Below are positions 1 through 11,847 of a stretch of DNA of 64,000 bases, piece after piece. The notes below the pieces were generated by a model that ran no database searches, had not been told where the DNA came from, and worked only from the letters and a program-made list of their open reading frames with translations. This stretch comes from Raillietiella orientalis. Taxonomy: Eukaryota. The stretch is taken from assembly GCA_036172245.1 (NCBI GenBank), contig JAYWIR010000001.1, positions 1,178,001 to 1,242,000 of the forward strand. Reading direction: 5' to 3'. Each line of letters starts with the position of its first letter. Position 1 is the stretch's first letter. The translations under genes and the position numbers were made by a program.

Positions 1-2507
1 ATTTCACAGCATCCCAAACTTCGCCTAAAATTAATTGCCGCGAAAGACTCCGTCCACCGCGTCCGATGGACGTTCGATTTGCTGCTTCGAGCCCGGGAGG
101 ATTCGCGGTGCAAACCATCAGCTCATCTGATTTTACACCGAGGCAGGACCTTCGCGCCTGCATCCCTCGAGCCAGTCTTCCGAGTTTTCTAGCCGCGAGA
201 CGTTCGGAGGGAAGGCCCTGTGCTCGTGGTGGCAGCAGCAGCTTCTTGAAACGTTCTTTCGTCCTTTCGCAGCAGAACTCGGGCGCGACCAGTTTTTTTT
301 CCAACTGAGTGTGCACGGCCGGAAAAAAACAATAATTACTATCATAATCGTAATAATAAGGACAGCATTAAAAATGTGCTTTGTCGTCCTGATTAAAGCT
401 TTGCTACACGAGTGCCTGGCCACAGAGTAAATCACGCTGTTTTTCTCCTCCTTGCGAGCGCAACCACGGAAGACCATGTCTTTTATTGGTCGATTCACAT
501 TTCATTGAAGATTTAGTATCTGCTGGGTGCACAAAACAAACAGCGAGCTTTGAAATCTCAGCTTTTCCTTCAGAGATAACATCGTGGCTGAACAGCGCGA
601 AGGGCGAATACCAGGCAGTTTCTGGTTACACTTTTACAAACAAAACCAAAACACAAAACACACACACACAATTTGAGAAGGAGAAAAGGAAAGCTTATCT
701 GCTTGTTATCTAAATTGAGCGGGGGAATTTTTACTCCCGCTCTGACCAGCACGTACGCACACAAGGTTATGTAATGCATATAGTAGAAAGCAAACAGTCC
801 ATCTACTGACGAGAGAGCCTTCCCGGCAACCTGTACGTTGGTTACAGGGAAGCAGTCCTTCCATGTCTACCAACCGCTGAAAGAAACACTCGAATTTTGG
901 CTCTGCCTTCCCCGGGAGCCAACCTGGCTCTTTCCGGTTTGCAGGCGAGGAGCCGCGGTTGCTAACGCATCCGATCATGCGCCGCGATATATGCGACGAC
1001 TCCGGGAGAGTGGATCGTGTGTTTCTCAAAGGCTTCCCCTGGGTGGCCTCCTAATAAGCAGCCGATGCGAATGCGACTCAGGTTGTTCCGTTCCGCTACA
1101 ATGAAATTTTGGGAATAGAAAGAATAGACTTGCACCTGACGTTTCTATTCATGAATATATTTGGAGAGAGAGAAGAGGGAGAAAAGACTGATTCGACCCG
1201 GTTCTCGAGTAGATCTCGAGCTTAAGAAAAATGAAACAAATCTCGGCTGCATTTTCAGGGGGTCTGCGACCCCGGCAGCGCAGCTCGGTAAGCGGATTGA
1301 AGAAATGGCGGTAAAAGTTTTCGGGACGAGAACGGTGTCCCTTTCGAAAACAACAGCAGCAGCAAATAAGCAAGGTGGTAACGGAAAGAGACCAAAAAAG
1401 CCTCAACGCGTGTTGAGAAACTGCGAACAATTTTTCTTCCCCTCATTAGAATGCCTCTCCCCCCCCCCCCCCCAATTGACGGAAAAGTCGAAGACTTGCG
1501 AAGAGATGCGTTATCAACGCAGATATAAAAATGACAGTCGATACCTGATGTCGTAACGCTTTTGCCACGTTCTCGCTTTGCATCATCTTCTCGAGATAAA
1601 AGAATTCTCAACTCTGACATTTCTGTCCAATAAAATCTTTCCACTTTGAATGCAACCACGAAATCGAAAAAGGGAAAAGAGATTCCGTGGTAAAATGGCT
1701 CTGGATTCCGATTTTACATCTATTTAGGCTGATGGGCTTCACGAACTAGTTTATGTATTTGTGATGTACCTAAATGGCAAAGAAGACTCCTTTTCACGAC
1801 TTCCACTACGTCTCAAACAGCTGCAGGGAAGTTGAGCTAGTGAATGTCCTGGGCCCTTCGAAGAACGGAAGATCATTTGAAATCGGAACCTTGTCTGTTT
1901 TGATGATCCCGGACAACAAATGGCCCGAGGGCATGCATCTCACTCCGACCTTCACTTCTGGTTGGTTTGCGGTCAAATGAAATCCTGCGGCAGCGATCCG
2001 ACTTGAGCAACACCTTGGAAAGAGTTCCTGGTCCGTTCGCTTCTTTGCTGTTCCTTCCGCTGCTTCGCTCCCCCGCCGCAACTCGGACACGCAGGTGCCC
2101 GCACACGCTTCTGCACCCCTTCCTGCCCCTCCAGACTGTCCTTTGTATTTATTTTTTGTTGTATTTTTTCTTTCTGTTTTTCTCCCGTCCCCCTCCGCTG
2201 CCGAGGTGAGCCCAGCCGGTCTCCGCACCGGCGACCCGGCAAGTCTATTGGAAGGTCGGCCGTGATGGGCTGCGCGCCCCACCATCACTGTTGCGTGTTT
2301 ATTTTTATTGATAAACGTTCCCCGCGTGACCGGGTGGCAACGCCCGCTTCTTCTTCTCTCTTGCGTATTCGCGACGCGCGTTTTTTCGCGCGCGGGTTTT
2401 TTTTTTTTTCTCCCACGACGCTCCCTCCAAGGAACCGCGCACCGGGTGGGCGAACATAGTTGCCTGGTCGACGACGACCGGCCCGAGAAATCTGCGTCGT
2501 CTTCCAG

Positions 2508-2758
2508 AGCGAAAACGAGAGCACCGACTGCTTACCTTACCTGACCGCCATCCGACCACGCAGGAAAATCATCTACCCGTTGGAGAAGCTGGGCGAAAAC
2601 GTTCCGAACTCGAACACGCTCAGGGATGACTCGCCGTTCTGCTTGCTTTACTGCAACAAAAGGAGCCTCGTGTCAGGGAAGGTGAACGTCAACAAGAAGA
2701 TTCTCATCGTCGGCTACAACGAGGTGTCGCTAGGATTACTGGAGACTCTCATATTCAG
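2508..2758 (+). CDS. CFAP61: CFAP61-like, first exon visible in window (internal exon)
   Basis: ttccag acceptor, AG|gtgag donor. Encodes ...LTAIRPRRKIIYPLEKLGENVP...NKRSLVSGKVNVNKKILIVGYNEVSLGLLETLIF, resembling remembered vertebrate CFAP61 (VPVRPRRQIVYPLEKLG...KITVNAKIIVVGASSVGISFLETLVF). Confidence 0.9.
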
Positions 2759-2817
2759 GTGAGGCAATTATCTCTGGCTGCCGGGAGCACCCTGCCCCCC
2801 CAAAATCCTGCGCGCAG

Positions 2818-3003
2818 CAGCTGTTTCAATTTCAACGGCGTCACCTTGGTCGAGCCCAACGGGCTGCCTGGAGACCTGGAAGACGACGATTTGAGACCAG
2901 TTATGCTCCGGCAGGCCTCCCCTCACGACGCTTCCTCGCTGCAAAGCCTGTGCCTGGATTTCTGGATCAGCGTCGTCCACGCGAACCTCACTCGGATTTC
3001 GAG
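2818..3003 (+). CDS. CFAP61: CFAP61-like exon
   Basis: Follows a 59-nt GT-AG intron; tandem CAGCAG acceptor gives start 2818 or 2821; phase 2 on both sides. FNGVTLVEPNGLPG...LCLDFWISVVHANLTRISR matches FNNLTLISTHGLPG...SLCSWVNVVVGRMTGIDR. Confidence 0.88.
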
Positions 3004-3473
3004 GTAGGGCTCCTGAGGCTGGGACACACAAAGACACATAAAGAGATTCCTGATGGACAGGAAGCCTCGCGGAACACAGCAAAGGGAATTTCTTAAAAGA
3101 AAGCAGCAGCCTACGGATGAACCGTTTTCTTTGTTTTGTTGGGGGAAGGTGGCCCTCTCAAGATTCAAGAGGGGGTTCGGGAAAGAACTGTTGAGAATGT
3201 TTCAATTGCATGGATGCGTCCACTCGTCAAGAGCCACAGGTGCACCACATACAACACGTCGCTGCTGCGCCTAGGGAGAACCCCTCGATGGTACTCGAGC
3301 ACGCAAGAGTCCAGGGAATTTCCCTTCGTCAGGGAATCTCCGTGGAGTCCCGAATTTCATTCAATCAGTGCGACAGCACATGAAAAAAAAAAAAAAAGCA
3401 GAGGGGTGCACACAAACTTTGTCGACTCTTTTTCGGCAGCAACCTTAACACACGGAACTGTTGCTACTCCTGC

Positions 3474-4219
3474 TACGAGGGGCATTTCAAAAGTAAAAGC
3501 CGATCGGATAGAAAGAAAGAACAAATAAGAGAAACAAATACGTACATACTCATGTCATTTTTCCACGTAGTCGCCATTTTTTTCTAAATACTGTTGATAC
3601 CGTGGAAGAAGCCTTTTGAAACCGTCTGCATGAAATTCTGCCTCCTGGGAGTTCAGCCAGTTCAGCAGCACCGCAGTTTTCCACTCCTCCCTTTCCCCCT
3701 CGCGTCGTCGAGCCACTTCTTGAGGTGCAGGAAGACGTGGTAGTCACTGGGCGCGAGGTCAGGACTGTAAGACCAAAAAGTTCCCATTTGAATTTCGGAA
3801 TTGTCTGGAATGTGCAAACAGCATGCGTTGCCAAGGCGCGCGTTGTCGTGAAGGAGAACAATTCCTCATCTCAGCATTCCATATGTCGTCGGTTCTGAAT
3901 GGCACGCCGCAGTTTCACAGAAGGCTTGCGAAGTAATGGTTGTTCCAGGCTCCATAAAGTCCACCAAAAGCACACCTTTCGGATCCCACACACTGCTGTC
4001 CTCACATTCCAGACAGTTGAGAAATTCAAATGGGAATGTCCACAACAGTGTTTCAAAAAGCTTCCTCCACGGTATCCAAAGTGTTTGGAAAAAAATGGTG
4101 ACTACGTGGAAAAGTGACATGGGGATGTACGTGTTTAGAGCCACGAATACATTTTTCCCCCCTCTTATTTGCTCTCTGTTTCTATCCGATCGGCCATTAC
4201 TTTTGAGAGGCGCCTGGTA
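3474..4219. mobile_element. Non-autonomous Tc1/mariner derivative in a CFAP61 intron
   Basis: TA at both ends. Imperfect TIRs (CGAGGGGCATTTCAAAAGTAAAAGCCGATCGGATAGAAA versus the reverse complement of the right end). Transposase remnants on the minus strand (WDPKGVLLVDFMEPGTTITS, KLRRAIQNRR, IVLLHDNAR) and the mariner C-terminus KCLEKNGDYVEK*. Confidence 0.88.
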
Positions 4220-4614
4220 TTTTGCGTGGCCAACGTGCGCTAGCGGAAAGTCGACCTGCCAAGCTCCGCGCGCGGGAGTTTCAAAAAACGCCTCATAGAC
4301 GGCTTCCGAATGTCGCAACGGATTTTCCGGTTCCCGCGCCGAGCAGGCGCCGAAAGACTGCAGCCAGAGTGGCTCTATGGTTGCAACCATAAAGCCGGTT
4401 TCTCGTCTGCCACGTCGCATTCGACGATCCCGCTTTCGAGAAAGGAAAAGGAAAAAAAGTGGCCGATTGAAAGCGCAGTACCTATGCGGGTTTCAGCGAA
4501 TGCATAGAAAGTGTGGCAGTGCCAGAGACGGTGGCAACAGGACTCCCTCGCTCCTCGGCTGTTACTGTACGACGGGATTCCCTAGAGTCCTTTCGATAAA
4601 ACGCCGAATCTGGA

Positions 4615-4800
4615 GAAAAACACTTGCATTCCAGCCACAGTCGTTAACCACAGCTTGGGAGGAAGTGAAGAAGGAATACGTGTACATAGTACAGTGTACA
4701 TAAATGATGTATCATTCGATACGGGATCCGAAGATGACGAGAGACCGATTTCCGAGGTCTCGTCATCCATTCGTGAGGGGGGAGAAGCGAAAGGGCAACC
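4615..4800 (+). repeat. Dispersed repeat module A, copy 1 (copy 2 at about 9943-10125)
   Basis: Shares TACGTGTACATAGTACAGTGTACAT...GTATCATTCG and long flanks with 9943-10125, same orientation. Confidence 0.8.
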
Positions 4801-6149
4801 GTGAGCATGGGGTGCATCAAAGATTTGTTCTGGAGGTGGTGATATTCTTCTACCCGTCGTATCCAAACGTCGGCCTCGCCTTGCCCTTTCGTCTTTGCTC
4901 GTCGTCTTTGGAGCGAGTTGAGGCGATCGCCTCCCAACTGCTCGCAAGAGTCTGAAGGAAGTGGGGGCGCGTCCCGGTTTCCTCCCGACTCGCGAAAGCC
5001 CCAATCGCAGGGGTTTTCTTCGCCGACTGAACAGGAAAAGAGTGCAAGGGTTAAAAAGGGGAAGACTTCACTTCCAACCGCTCTTTCGCCAAAGTTCCCG
5101 GCTTTTCGTTCCTGGCTGGACGCTGCCCCCCTTCCCCCGTGAGATGGTTCTGACAAAGCGTCGACTCTATGAACTGATTCGGATGCACGAAGAAGAAAAA
5201 GAAAAAATCTCACATGTCGATCTCAACTGCTCCGGGTGGACCACCGCACATCATGAGATTCCAATGGACGCACGTGATGGTGTCGTCTCCAGTGCACGCG
5301 CATGCACACTCTTCCCCCCTCTCACCACGCTCAGGTCTTGCCGCGAAGCGGACTGCTGCGGTGATCGCTTGAGCGGAACCTCGAACTGCGTGCCGCCAGC
5401 TCGAAAGCGCCCCCTCACACGCGGGAGATGCCCGCTGGTGACCTCTCTTCGCATTCCCGAGAACCGATCCCGCCACAGCGGAACAAAAAGGAGCGTGCAA
5501 GGGGAGGGCTGGCCGCCGAGCCGCTTCCCGTGGGAGGAGGAATCCCCCCCTCCCTCTTGCTCCGCGAACTCACCAAAGATCATCATCTTTTGATCCCTGA
5601 CGCAGACCGCGCGGGCGTGTGCTGTTCGGTTCTCTTTCAAGCCGGGCGGCTTCCGCTGACTCCACGGAAGGACCAGATTCTCGGCCGTGGGGGCTGCCGC
5701 AGAAAACGAACGGGTTCCAGGAGTTGCATTCGTTCCCGCTTGCTCCTCCGTACCAAACTCGCACTCCATCTCTTCCGTCGTGGCGTCGTCTTCAATGGTC
5801 GATGCATGTTGCGACAGCTTCGCGTCCGCCTCTGATGTCAGATCTGCGCAGGCTTCCCTCCCTATTCGAACTACCACATCACCCCTCGCCACCGGAAGCG
5901 AGCGCGGGACGTTCCCCTGCCTCGGTTTCCAGTCGCGACGTGGTCCGCCCATCCCGTTCCCGGCTCTCACGAGCCCGCGCGTTCCAAACTGCGACCTGTT
6001 GCTGGGAAGGGAAGAACCGAAAACTCCCAAGGCCACTCGCACCGATGCATCCCGGTTCGGTTCTCCCAGATGAGGTGAGCTGGGTCGACCAGGAAGCACT
6101 CTGTCTTCCCTCCCCTTAGAAGCTGAAACCTGCTCTCTTCTCCCCTTAG

Positions 6150-6256
6150 GAGCGAGCGGTGCGTCGTCCTGAATGGGAATTCGTGCCTTCCTTACGACGA
6201 CCTCGTGCTCTGCTGCGGCCTCCATTACGAGCCGCCGGCCTTGGAAGGGAAGAAGA
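6150..6256 (+). CDS. CFAP61: CFAP61-like exon (not shown in the ORF track)
   Basis: ccccttag acceptor (phase 2), a|gtaaaa donor (phase 1). RSERCVVLNGNSCLPYDDLVLCCGLHYEPP matches KHVVLSTDEIVPYDHLILCTGQQYQVP, the YDxLxxxxG motif of FAD oxidoreductase folds. Confidence 0.88.
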
Positions 6257-6303
6257 GTAAAATCGGTCGTCGGTCCGCATGACGCGCCCCGTTTCCTTTT
6301 CAG

Positions 6304-6405
6304 GATCGGAAGAAGGAAGTCCATTCAACGTGTTCGTCGTCAACAACGACTACGAAGCCGCAAGAGCCCTGTACTGCATAGAACACTACGTGGTCCAGAA
6401 GACAA
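6304..6405 (+). CDS. CFAP61: CFAP61-like exon
   Basis: After a 47-nt intron ending ttttcag; phase 1/1. SPFNVFVVNNDYEAARALYCIEH resembles VPCNHFTLNEEEDCFKALIWIRN. Confidence 0.82.
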
Positions 6406-6806
6406 GTGCGTGCGTCGCATCTGTCAGCTCTCCAGGGGGGGCGCTGTTTCGAATTCCAAGATCACAGACTCCCTTCCCCTTCCCAAGGCTCCCAACCGAC
6501 CGCCTGGTCTTGACCGCTCATCACGCCGTCATCCTGCCTTTTTTCTTTTTTTCGACGCTGGGCAGGTGACCTGTCCTGCGGGAGCGGCGACTCGCGATTT
6601 ACGTGTGGGCGGACGTCCAGTATGACGCGCTCGCGGGTCCGCTTTGCTCTTATCCCGCGCTTCTCTTGATACTATGGGCTTTCCTTCCTGCCTCCGGCCG
6701 AGCTGACCTTTCGCGAACACCCGAATCACCAACCCGAGGTCTCGCGTTGCCGCCCGGCGCGGGAGACTGAAATCCGCCTCCTCTTCTTCTTCTTCTTGTC
6801 CTGCAG

Positions 6807-6973
6807 TCGTGTTCCCGTCCGAGGACATTGTTGTGTACGGAGAGACGTTGGATGCGTACTGCTGCGTCTCTGCGCTCCTGAAGCTGGGGGTGCATCCCGC
6901 CAACATAATTCTGGTGCAGCCGTCCCTGAAGGATGAAAGGCAGGCCTCGCTGTACGACGAGATGGCAGAGCCG
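6807..6973 (+). CDS. CFAP61: CFAP61-like exon (3' boundary uncertain: 6973 GT donor or 6985 GC donor)
   Basis: Polypyrimidine tract plus ctgcag acceptor. DIVVYGETLDAYCCVSALLKLGVHPANIILVQP matches [33 protein letters not shown]. Confidence 0.85.
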
Positions 6974-7086
6974 GTGGTTCCAGAGGCAAGAATCCAAGTC
7001 CCCCACCCGCTCTCCCCACACAACCGACTTCTCTTCCTCCTCCCGAGGAAAGGAGAGGGGGGAACCGTCGGATCGTTCCTTTGCAG

Positions 7087-7507
7087 GTGGAAGAGCTGCT
7101 GTCAAACGTGCTGGAGTCCCTTTCCATCAGGAGATACTACGGTTTCCGCATATCCAAATACTTGTACCAGCACTACCTGGGGAGCGACGAGGAGGAGGAC
7201 ATTTTCCTGGAGGTCGACGCCATGACCGAAGTGGAGCAGCAGCTTCAGTCGATGCAGGCGTCCGTCCGGAGGGACATTCTTCACAGGCACGCCTCCTCCG
7301 CGTGGCTGAAGACGCCGTCCGCAATGACCACCACCCTCAGAAAAAGTCTCGCGAACGTCTCGCCTGTCCCGGAGCTGCAAGACGACGAGAGGCCCTTGAG
7401 GTTCCTGCGCTGCGCGTACTTCGTGTCCCGCTACAAGCCGATCTACCTCAACTGCTGCGCCCTCTTCATCTACGAGAGCAGGACTCTCAAGAAGGGATTC
7501 TTGAAAG
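7087..7507 (+). CDS. CFAP61: CFAP61-like exon with a large in-frame insertion
   Basis: ttgcag acceptor (phase 0), g|gtgagt donor (phase 1). Both ends align to CFAP61 (VEELLSNVL...; KPIYLNCCALFIYESR...), the middle does not. GC3-rich codons throughout. Confidence 0.83.
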
Positions 7508-8629
7508 GTGAGTCGTTGAGTCTGTGCTTTTGAGGGGGCCGCCGCCGCCGATGCTGCTGCTGGCCGACCCGAGCCGCGGGGAGCGGCGCCCTCCCGCCTC
7601 TTCCATCCCGTGGCTTAAGATTCTGCACCTATCCCTTTCTTTGCTTCTCCTCTCCCTTTCCCGCGCTCCTGACTCCGTGCTTTCCTGGGTGATGATCCCT
7701 GGCGGCATCCGAAGGTGGTGCGCGCGCAGAGCCCTGAAGAGCGAGCGCTGGCAACGGGGTAGAAGGGTGGTCGTCGCCGATCTAAGGTCAGGGCTGCGTG
7801 CGGCGTCGCAAGGCGAAAGGTTGCGGTCATCTGCTGGTCACCCTCCTCGAATGCTGCTGGACCAGGGTGGGGGTTGGGGCAATTCGTCACCGCTCGGAGC
7901 CGCACATACAGCCAGCGAACCTTCAGCAGCTAAAAGCGTCCTTCACCGTGACAAAGGACGTGTGAGCAAAATATCCTTCCGATAATCCACGTCGGCGCTC
8001 AGCAGCTCCGGAGATCGACAGAGTACCAGATCGGCAACCCGCAAAAGACAAAGGAAACAGAAAAAATCTATCTTGGGAAGAAGGATGTGGTGGCAATTTT
8101 TTTCTTCTTTTTTTCTTTTTTCACGTCGTGAATCGGTGGCTTTCCTGATCCCCGTTTATCCTTCCCGGCTCCGTGCCGAACATGCTCGTGATCCACGAGG
8201 AGGACTTTTGTGTGTTCCCTCGTCCGTGACACGCGGTGTGAGGGAGGGGGAAAGTTGCGCGCGCATGCGCGTCCCATGTACCTGAAACACGGACTTTTTG
8301 ACGGGGACTCCCGAAGACCTTGATGTGTTGTTATCGATGTACCGTGCGGCATGCAGAACGTATTTCATGCCTAATCAATATCGAAGTTTCGAGAAGAGGG
8401 CGTGTGGCATTGCTACCTCCACTGCCGCCGCTCGCCCGCGCCGCCGACGGCATCCAGCGACCCCACACGCTTGAACTTCGTTCTTCGAGGGCATGTGGTC
8501 TGGAGTATCCGCCTCGTGCGTGGCTGCTGCGTTCAAGGTGCAGGCAGCTCTCTTCTTTCTTTCCTCTCGGCACGCCTGAGCTTTTGCCCCCCCCCCCCCT
8601 TTGCCCTGCCGGGAGGCAATTTAGAATTG

Positions 8630-8830
8630 TGGAACCGTCGCGTTCCGGAGATTCGCGGGAAGGTTCCACCCTTTCTAGCCCGTGCTTGTCGGCGAGGACC
8701 GATGCTTCAGCGGGGGTGGAGGGAGGTGGACGGTCGTTGTGGTCCACGCTCGTATCAACCCGAGTGGAATGTGAAAAGAGCGGCAAAGCTTTCGACCCCC
8801 CGACGGAGGGGACAGAGTCACCAGATCAGG
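8630..8830 (-). repeat. Repeat module B, inverted relative to about 10165-10385
   Basis: AGCCCGTGCTTGTCGGC...CGATGCTTCAGCGGGG...AGTGGAA...CGGCAAAG is the reverse complement of sequence in 10165-10385. Confidence 0.8.
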
Positions 8831-9942
8831 CAAAGTGTGGTGCCTCCAGGCAACTTGAATACTCCGTTTGGAGGAGCCTTCCGACAGTGTTCGGATCCAT
8901 TCCTGGAGAGTTTTTACGTCGATCTAGTGGATGCATCTGAGGAAGAGACGACCACCTGCGGTCAAGGCAAGGACCAGCCCTTCCCTCGATGCAGAGATGG
9001 CAAGGAAGGCAGCGTCATCCCCTTGCTGCAGGCGGCGGTGTCTTCAGAGCAGGGGGGACGCTGTGCAGAAAGCACTCGGTCAGCCCCATTCTAGGATCAG
9101 TGGCCAGCTCTGGGAAGGGATCCGAGGGAGGAGCCCCTAGGCTGCCGCCGACACGTCGCGAGAACTGCCATTGCTGCAATCTTCGAGTCTCACGGCGGAC
9201 AAAACCCCCTTTTTTTTGTATTTTGGGACGGAAAAGTGGACTGCGAACGGAGGAAGGGAGGAGGGAGGGCACATTGCAGTGGTGCACTCCCGCAGGCGAT
9301 CCCCAGTCGGAAGCCTGGGGAACTTGGATGCGCAAGTCCAGTCCATCCGCATGCTGCCGGCTTTGGCCCGAAGGCGGCGGGAATATTTCGCTTCAAGCGC
9401 TTGCGGCCATGTTTCCTGGTCGATGGAAGGATGCAAGCGTCTCTTGTGCGGAGGGGTTCGCCGGCCCTTAGGACGAACGTGCCGAAGGAGACCACGTGTG
9501 CTGGAACCGTCGCCGGAAAGGTTGAAGGGACCTCACCCTCTTTGATCTGACGAACCTTCGGGGTTTCCTTCCGGTGGCTGCGTGAAGCATCAGGGAGTCG
9601 TCGCATCTGGTCTGCTCCCGTCTTGGCCGCCCTCGTTACCGTAGATGGCTCGTTACCACAGTCGTCACTCGGACTGCCCCTGAGGCATCAAGTTCTGGAA
9701 CCTTGGACACCTGTGTTCTCCAGCCAACGGGTCAGAGGAGCCTCTCTGAGCCGGTGGCTGCTGAATCCCTGAAGATCGGGGGGGTAGAAAGCGGCTCTGC
9801 TTCTTTCCACGTCGTTCCAGCCAGCGCCAGTGCAGTCCGATAGCCCCAGGATTCTTCCTCGGTCGCCGATGAGGTCCCCCATTCCGACGTCTCCGTGCGG
9901 GGAACGGGCTGAGACGGGGGTCAGCACTGAATGCAAGTGTTG

Positions 9943-10385
9943 GAAAGCACCTGCATTCAGGCGATAATCATAGCCACAGCTTGAGAGGAAGAGAAGAAGG
10001 GATACGTGTACATAGTACAGTGTACATGAATGGTGTATCATTCGGTACGAGAACCGAAAATGACGAGAACCTGATTTTCGATGTCTCGTCGGCCGTTCGT
10101 GAGGGAGAGAAGCGAAAGGACGACAGTGCGTTAGCCTTCGACCTCTCTTCCGATCCGAAGGGTGAGCCTGACATGTTGGTGGCTTTGTCCTCCGTCGAGG
10201 TTGCAAACTTTGCCGTTCTTTCCACGTTCCACTGGGGTCGATATGGGCGTCGGCCACGGTGACTGGAAATCGTCTACCCCCCAACCCCGCTGAAGCATCG
10301 TTTCTAGCCGACAAGCACGGGCTGGAGGGGGGGGGGGGAGAGGGAAGCTTTCCTCGAATCTCGGGAATGCGATGTTGGAAAGAGT
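9943..10385 (+). mobile_element. Unclassified element copy carrying modules A and B
   Basis: 5' part matches 4615-4800 directly; 3' part matches 8630-8830 inverted. No coding remnant recognised. Confidence 0.6.
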
Positions 10386-11081
10386 TGCATGCACCTCGCC
10401 GTCCTGGGAGGATTCCCGCAAACGGGCGCCTGGAAGACACGTGGCCGAGCTGCACAGCACGTCACGCAATGGGCGCTCCTTTCGTATTCCGCCGTCTACA
10501 TCTCTCTCTAGCCGACGGTCTGTGGCGTCGCGGCGAGGCGAGCAAACTGTCGGTCCTCCTGGGCAACTCTACGGCTTATCATGATGAAGATTAATGGCAT
10601 GCGACGGGCTTCCAATCACGACGCTGACTTACCCTTAATCAAGAAAACCAGGAACGATGCTTCGGGAGTCCCAGAACATGGACGCAAGTAGTCGGGATGG
10701 GCATCTACCAAAGGCGCAGGACCAGAAACAGTCAAGTTCCCGTAGGTTCCCGTTTCTTCACCCACGACGGACTGTCTGAACACTTTCAGATACTCCAGTT
10801 CTATTGGTTATTCGCGCTTCAGCTCAGTGGCTTGCTTTCTCTTGCAGCGTTGCGAGCAAGCGAAAATAAAGAAAAAACATGGCGGCGCGAAAGCAGCTCC
10901 GTGGCTACGAGGAACATTACACGAGGCACGGCATATGTGTGTGTGTCTTCTATTTCTCTCTCTTTTTCTGGAGAACTCATAAAGATACGCGCTTCGTTAA
11001 GGTACACGACCAATAAAGTACCTTGCACTGTACAAATCCCTCCCGAGAGTCCGCGCTTGACTCCTTGTCTTCCTTGTTCAG

Positions 11082-11254
11082 CGTTCGAAGAGGCATCCCT
11101 CGTCTGCGAAGGCGGGTATCTGATCATCAACAGGGACTTGCAGACAAATGATCCACGTATCTACGCAGCTGGAGAGCACACGAAATACTCACGCTTAATC
11201 AATCTTCGTTTCTGCGATCACATCTGTAGCAATCAGCGCGCCGTCGGGATGCTG
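11082..11254 (+). CDS. CFAP61: CFAP61-like exon
   Basis: ttgttcag acceptor (phase 1), ctg|gtaacg donor. AFEEASLVCEGGYLIINRDLQTNDPRIYAAGEHTKYS matches [36 protein letters not shown] (TxxxxIYAxG flavoprotein motif). Confidence 0.9.
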
Positions 11255-11307
11255 GTAACGCCGCGCTTTCGTTTTCCACAACGCGCCGCCTGTCTGCTCC
11301 TCTGAAG

Positions 11308-11586
11308 CTGGGGAGGCGACTGGGCACGGCGAGCACCAGCTGCTGGCCAGGAGGACCACCCGACGCGGACGAAGAGGCCTCAACGCTCGCCAAGCCCATC
11401 ACGACCTACGCGACGCTGCCCGGAGGCTGGCATTACTTCGGCGTCAGGAGCCCCGGCGTTTGCAACAACAGCTCGGGGCTGTTCAACCTAAAGACGGGTT
11501 CCGTCGCCAGCCAATCCAAGAGCTACTTCCGCGTCTCCTTGGACCGCAATGACACCGTCTGCTGCCTCATCTGCCTGAGAACCGAG
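11308..11586 (+). CDS. CFAP61: CFAP61-like exon
   Basis: After a 53-nt intron ending ctgaag; phase 0/0. TLPGGWHYFGVRSP...TGSVASQSKSYFRVSLDRNDTVCCLICL matches ILPGSYHYLHIAKP...TGSAKNGTYFRIHINKYKMVETITCL. Confidence 0.87.
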
Positions 11587-11640
11587 GTGACTCCCGCTCT
11601 GCTGCAGCGCGCCCACCCACCCGCGGACTCATCTCCACAG

Positions 11641-11847
11641 CCCATCCGGACAGCAGGGAACCTGACGCGCCTGCACGGTCTCCACGAAAGACACCTCAGC
11701 AACCTCCGGGAGAGATACGACGATGGATCCATACAAGACTTTTACGAATTCTTCTCTGAGCCCTGGTGCATCGCCCTGTACCACGACGGTTACGCCGAGC
11801 TGAGGAAGCAGCTGAGGAGGATCATGACGACGGATGCTAAAGGGAAG
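11641..11847 (+). CDS. CFAP61: CFAP61-like exon
   Basis: After a 54-nt intron. NLTRLHGLHERHLSNLRERYDDGSIQDFYEFFSEPWCIALYHDGYAELRKQLRRIM matches NYIRLFGQHEQLLNNLCARYDENLITDLYSYFTEPWCLALFHDRFIDLRKELRQIL, the most diagnostic block. Confidence 0.93.

Noticed and set aside
1-40. ATTTCACAGCA...ATTAATTG shared with about 63807-63833
   Set aside because: Short match with different spacing; compatible with chance.
6070-6074. cccag|ATGAG|gtgagc 5-nt microexon
   Set aside because: In the CFAP61 phase it creates an immediate TGA; it could only be a poison exon and nothing else supports it.
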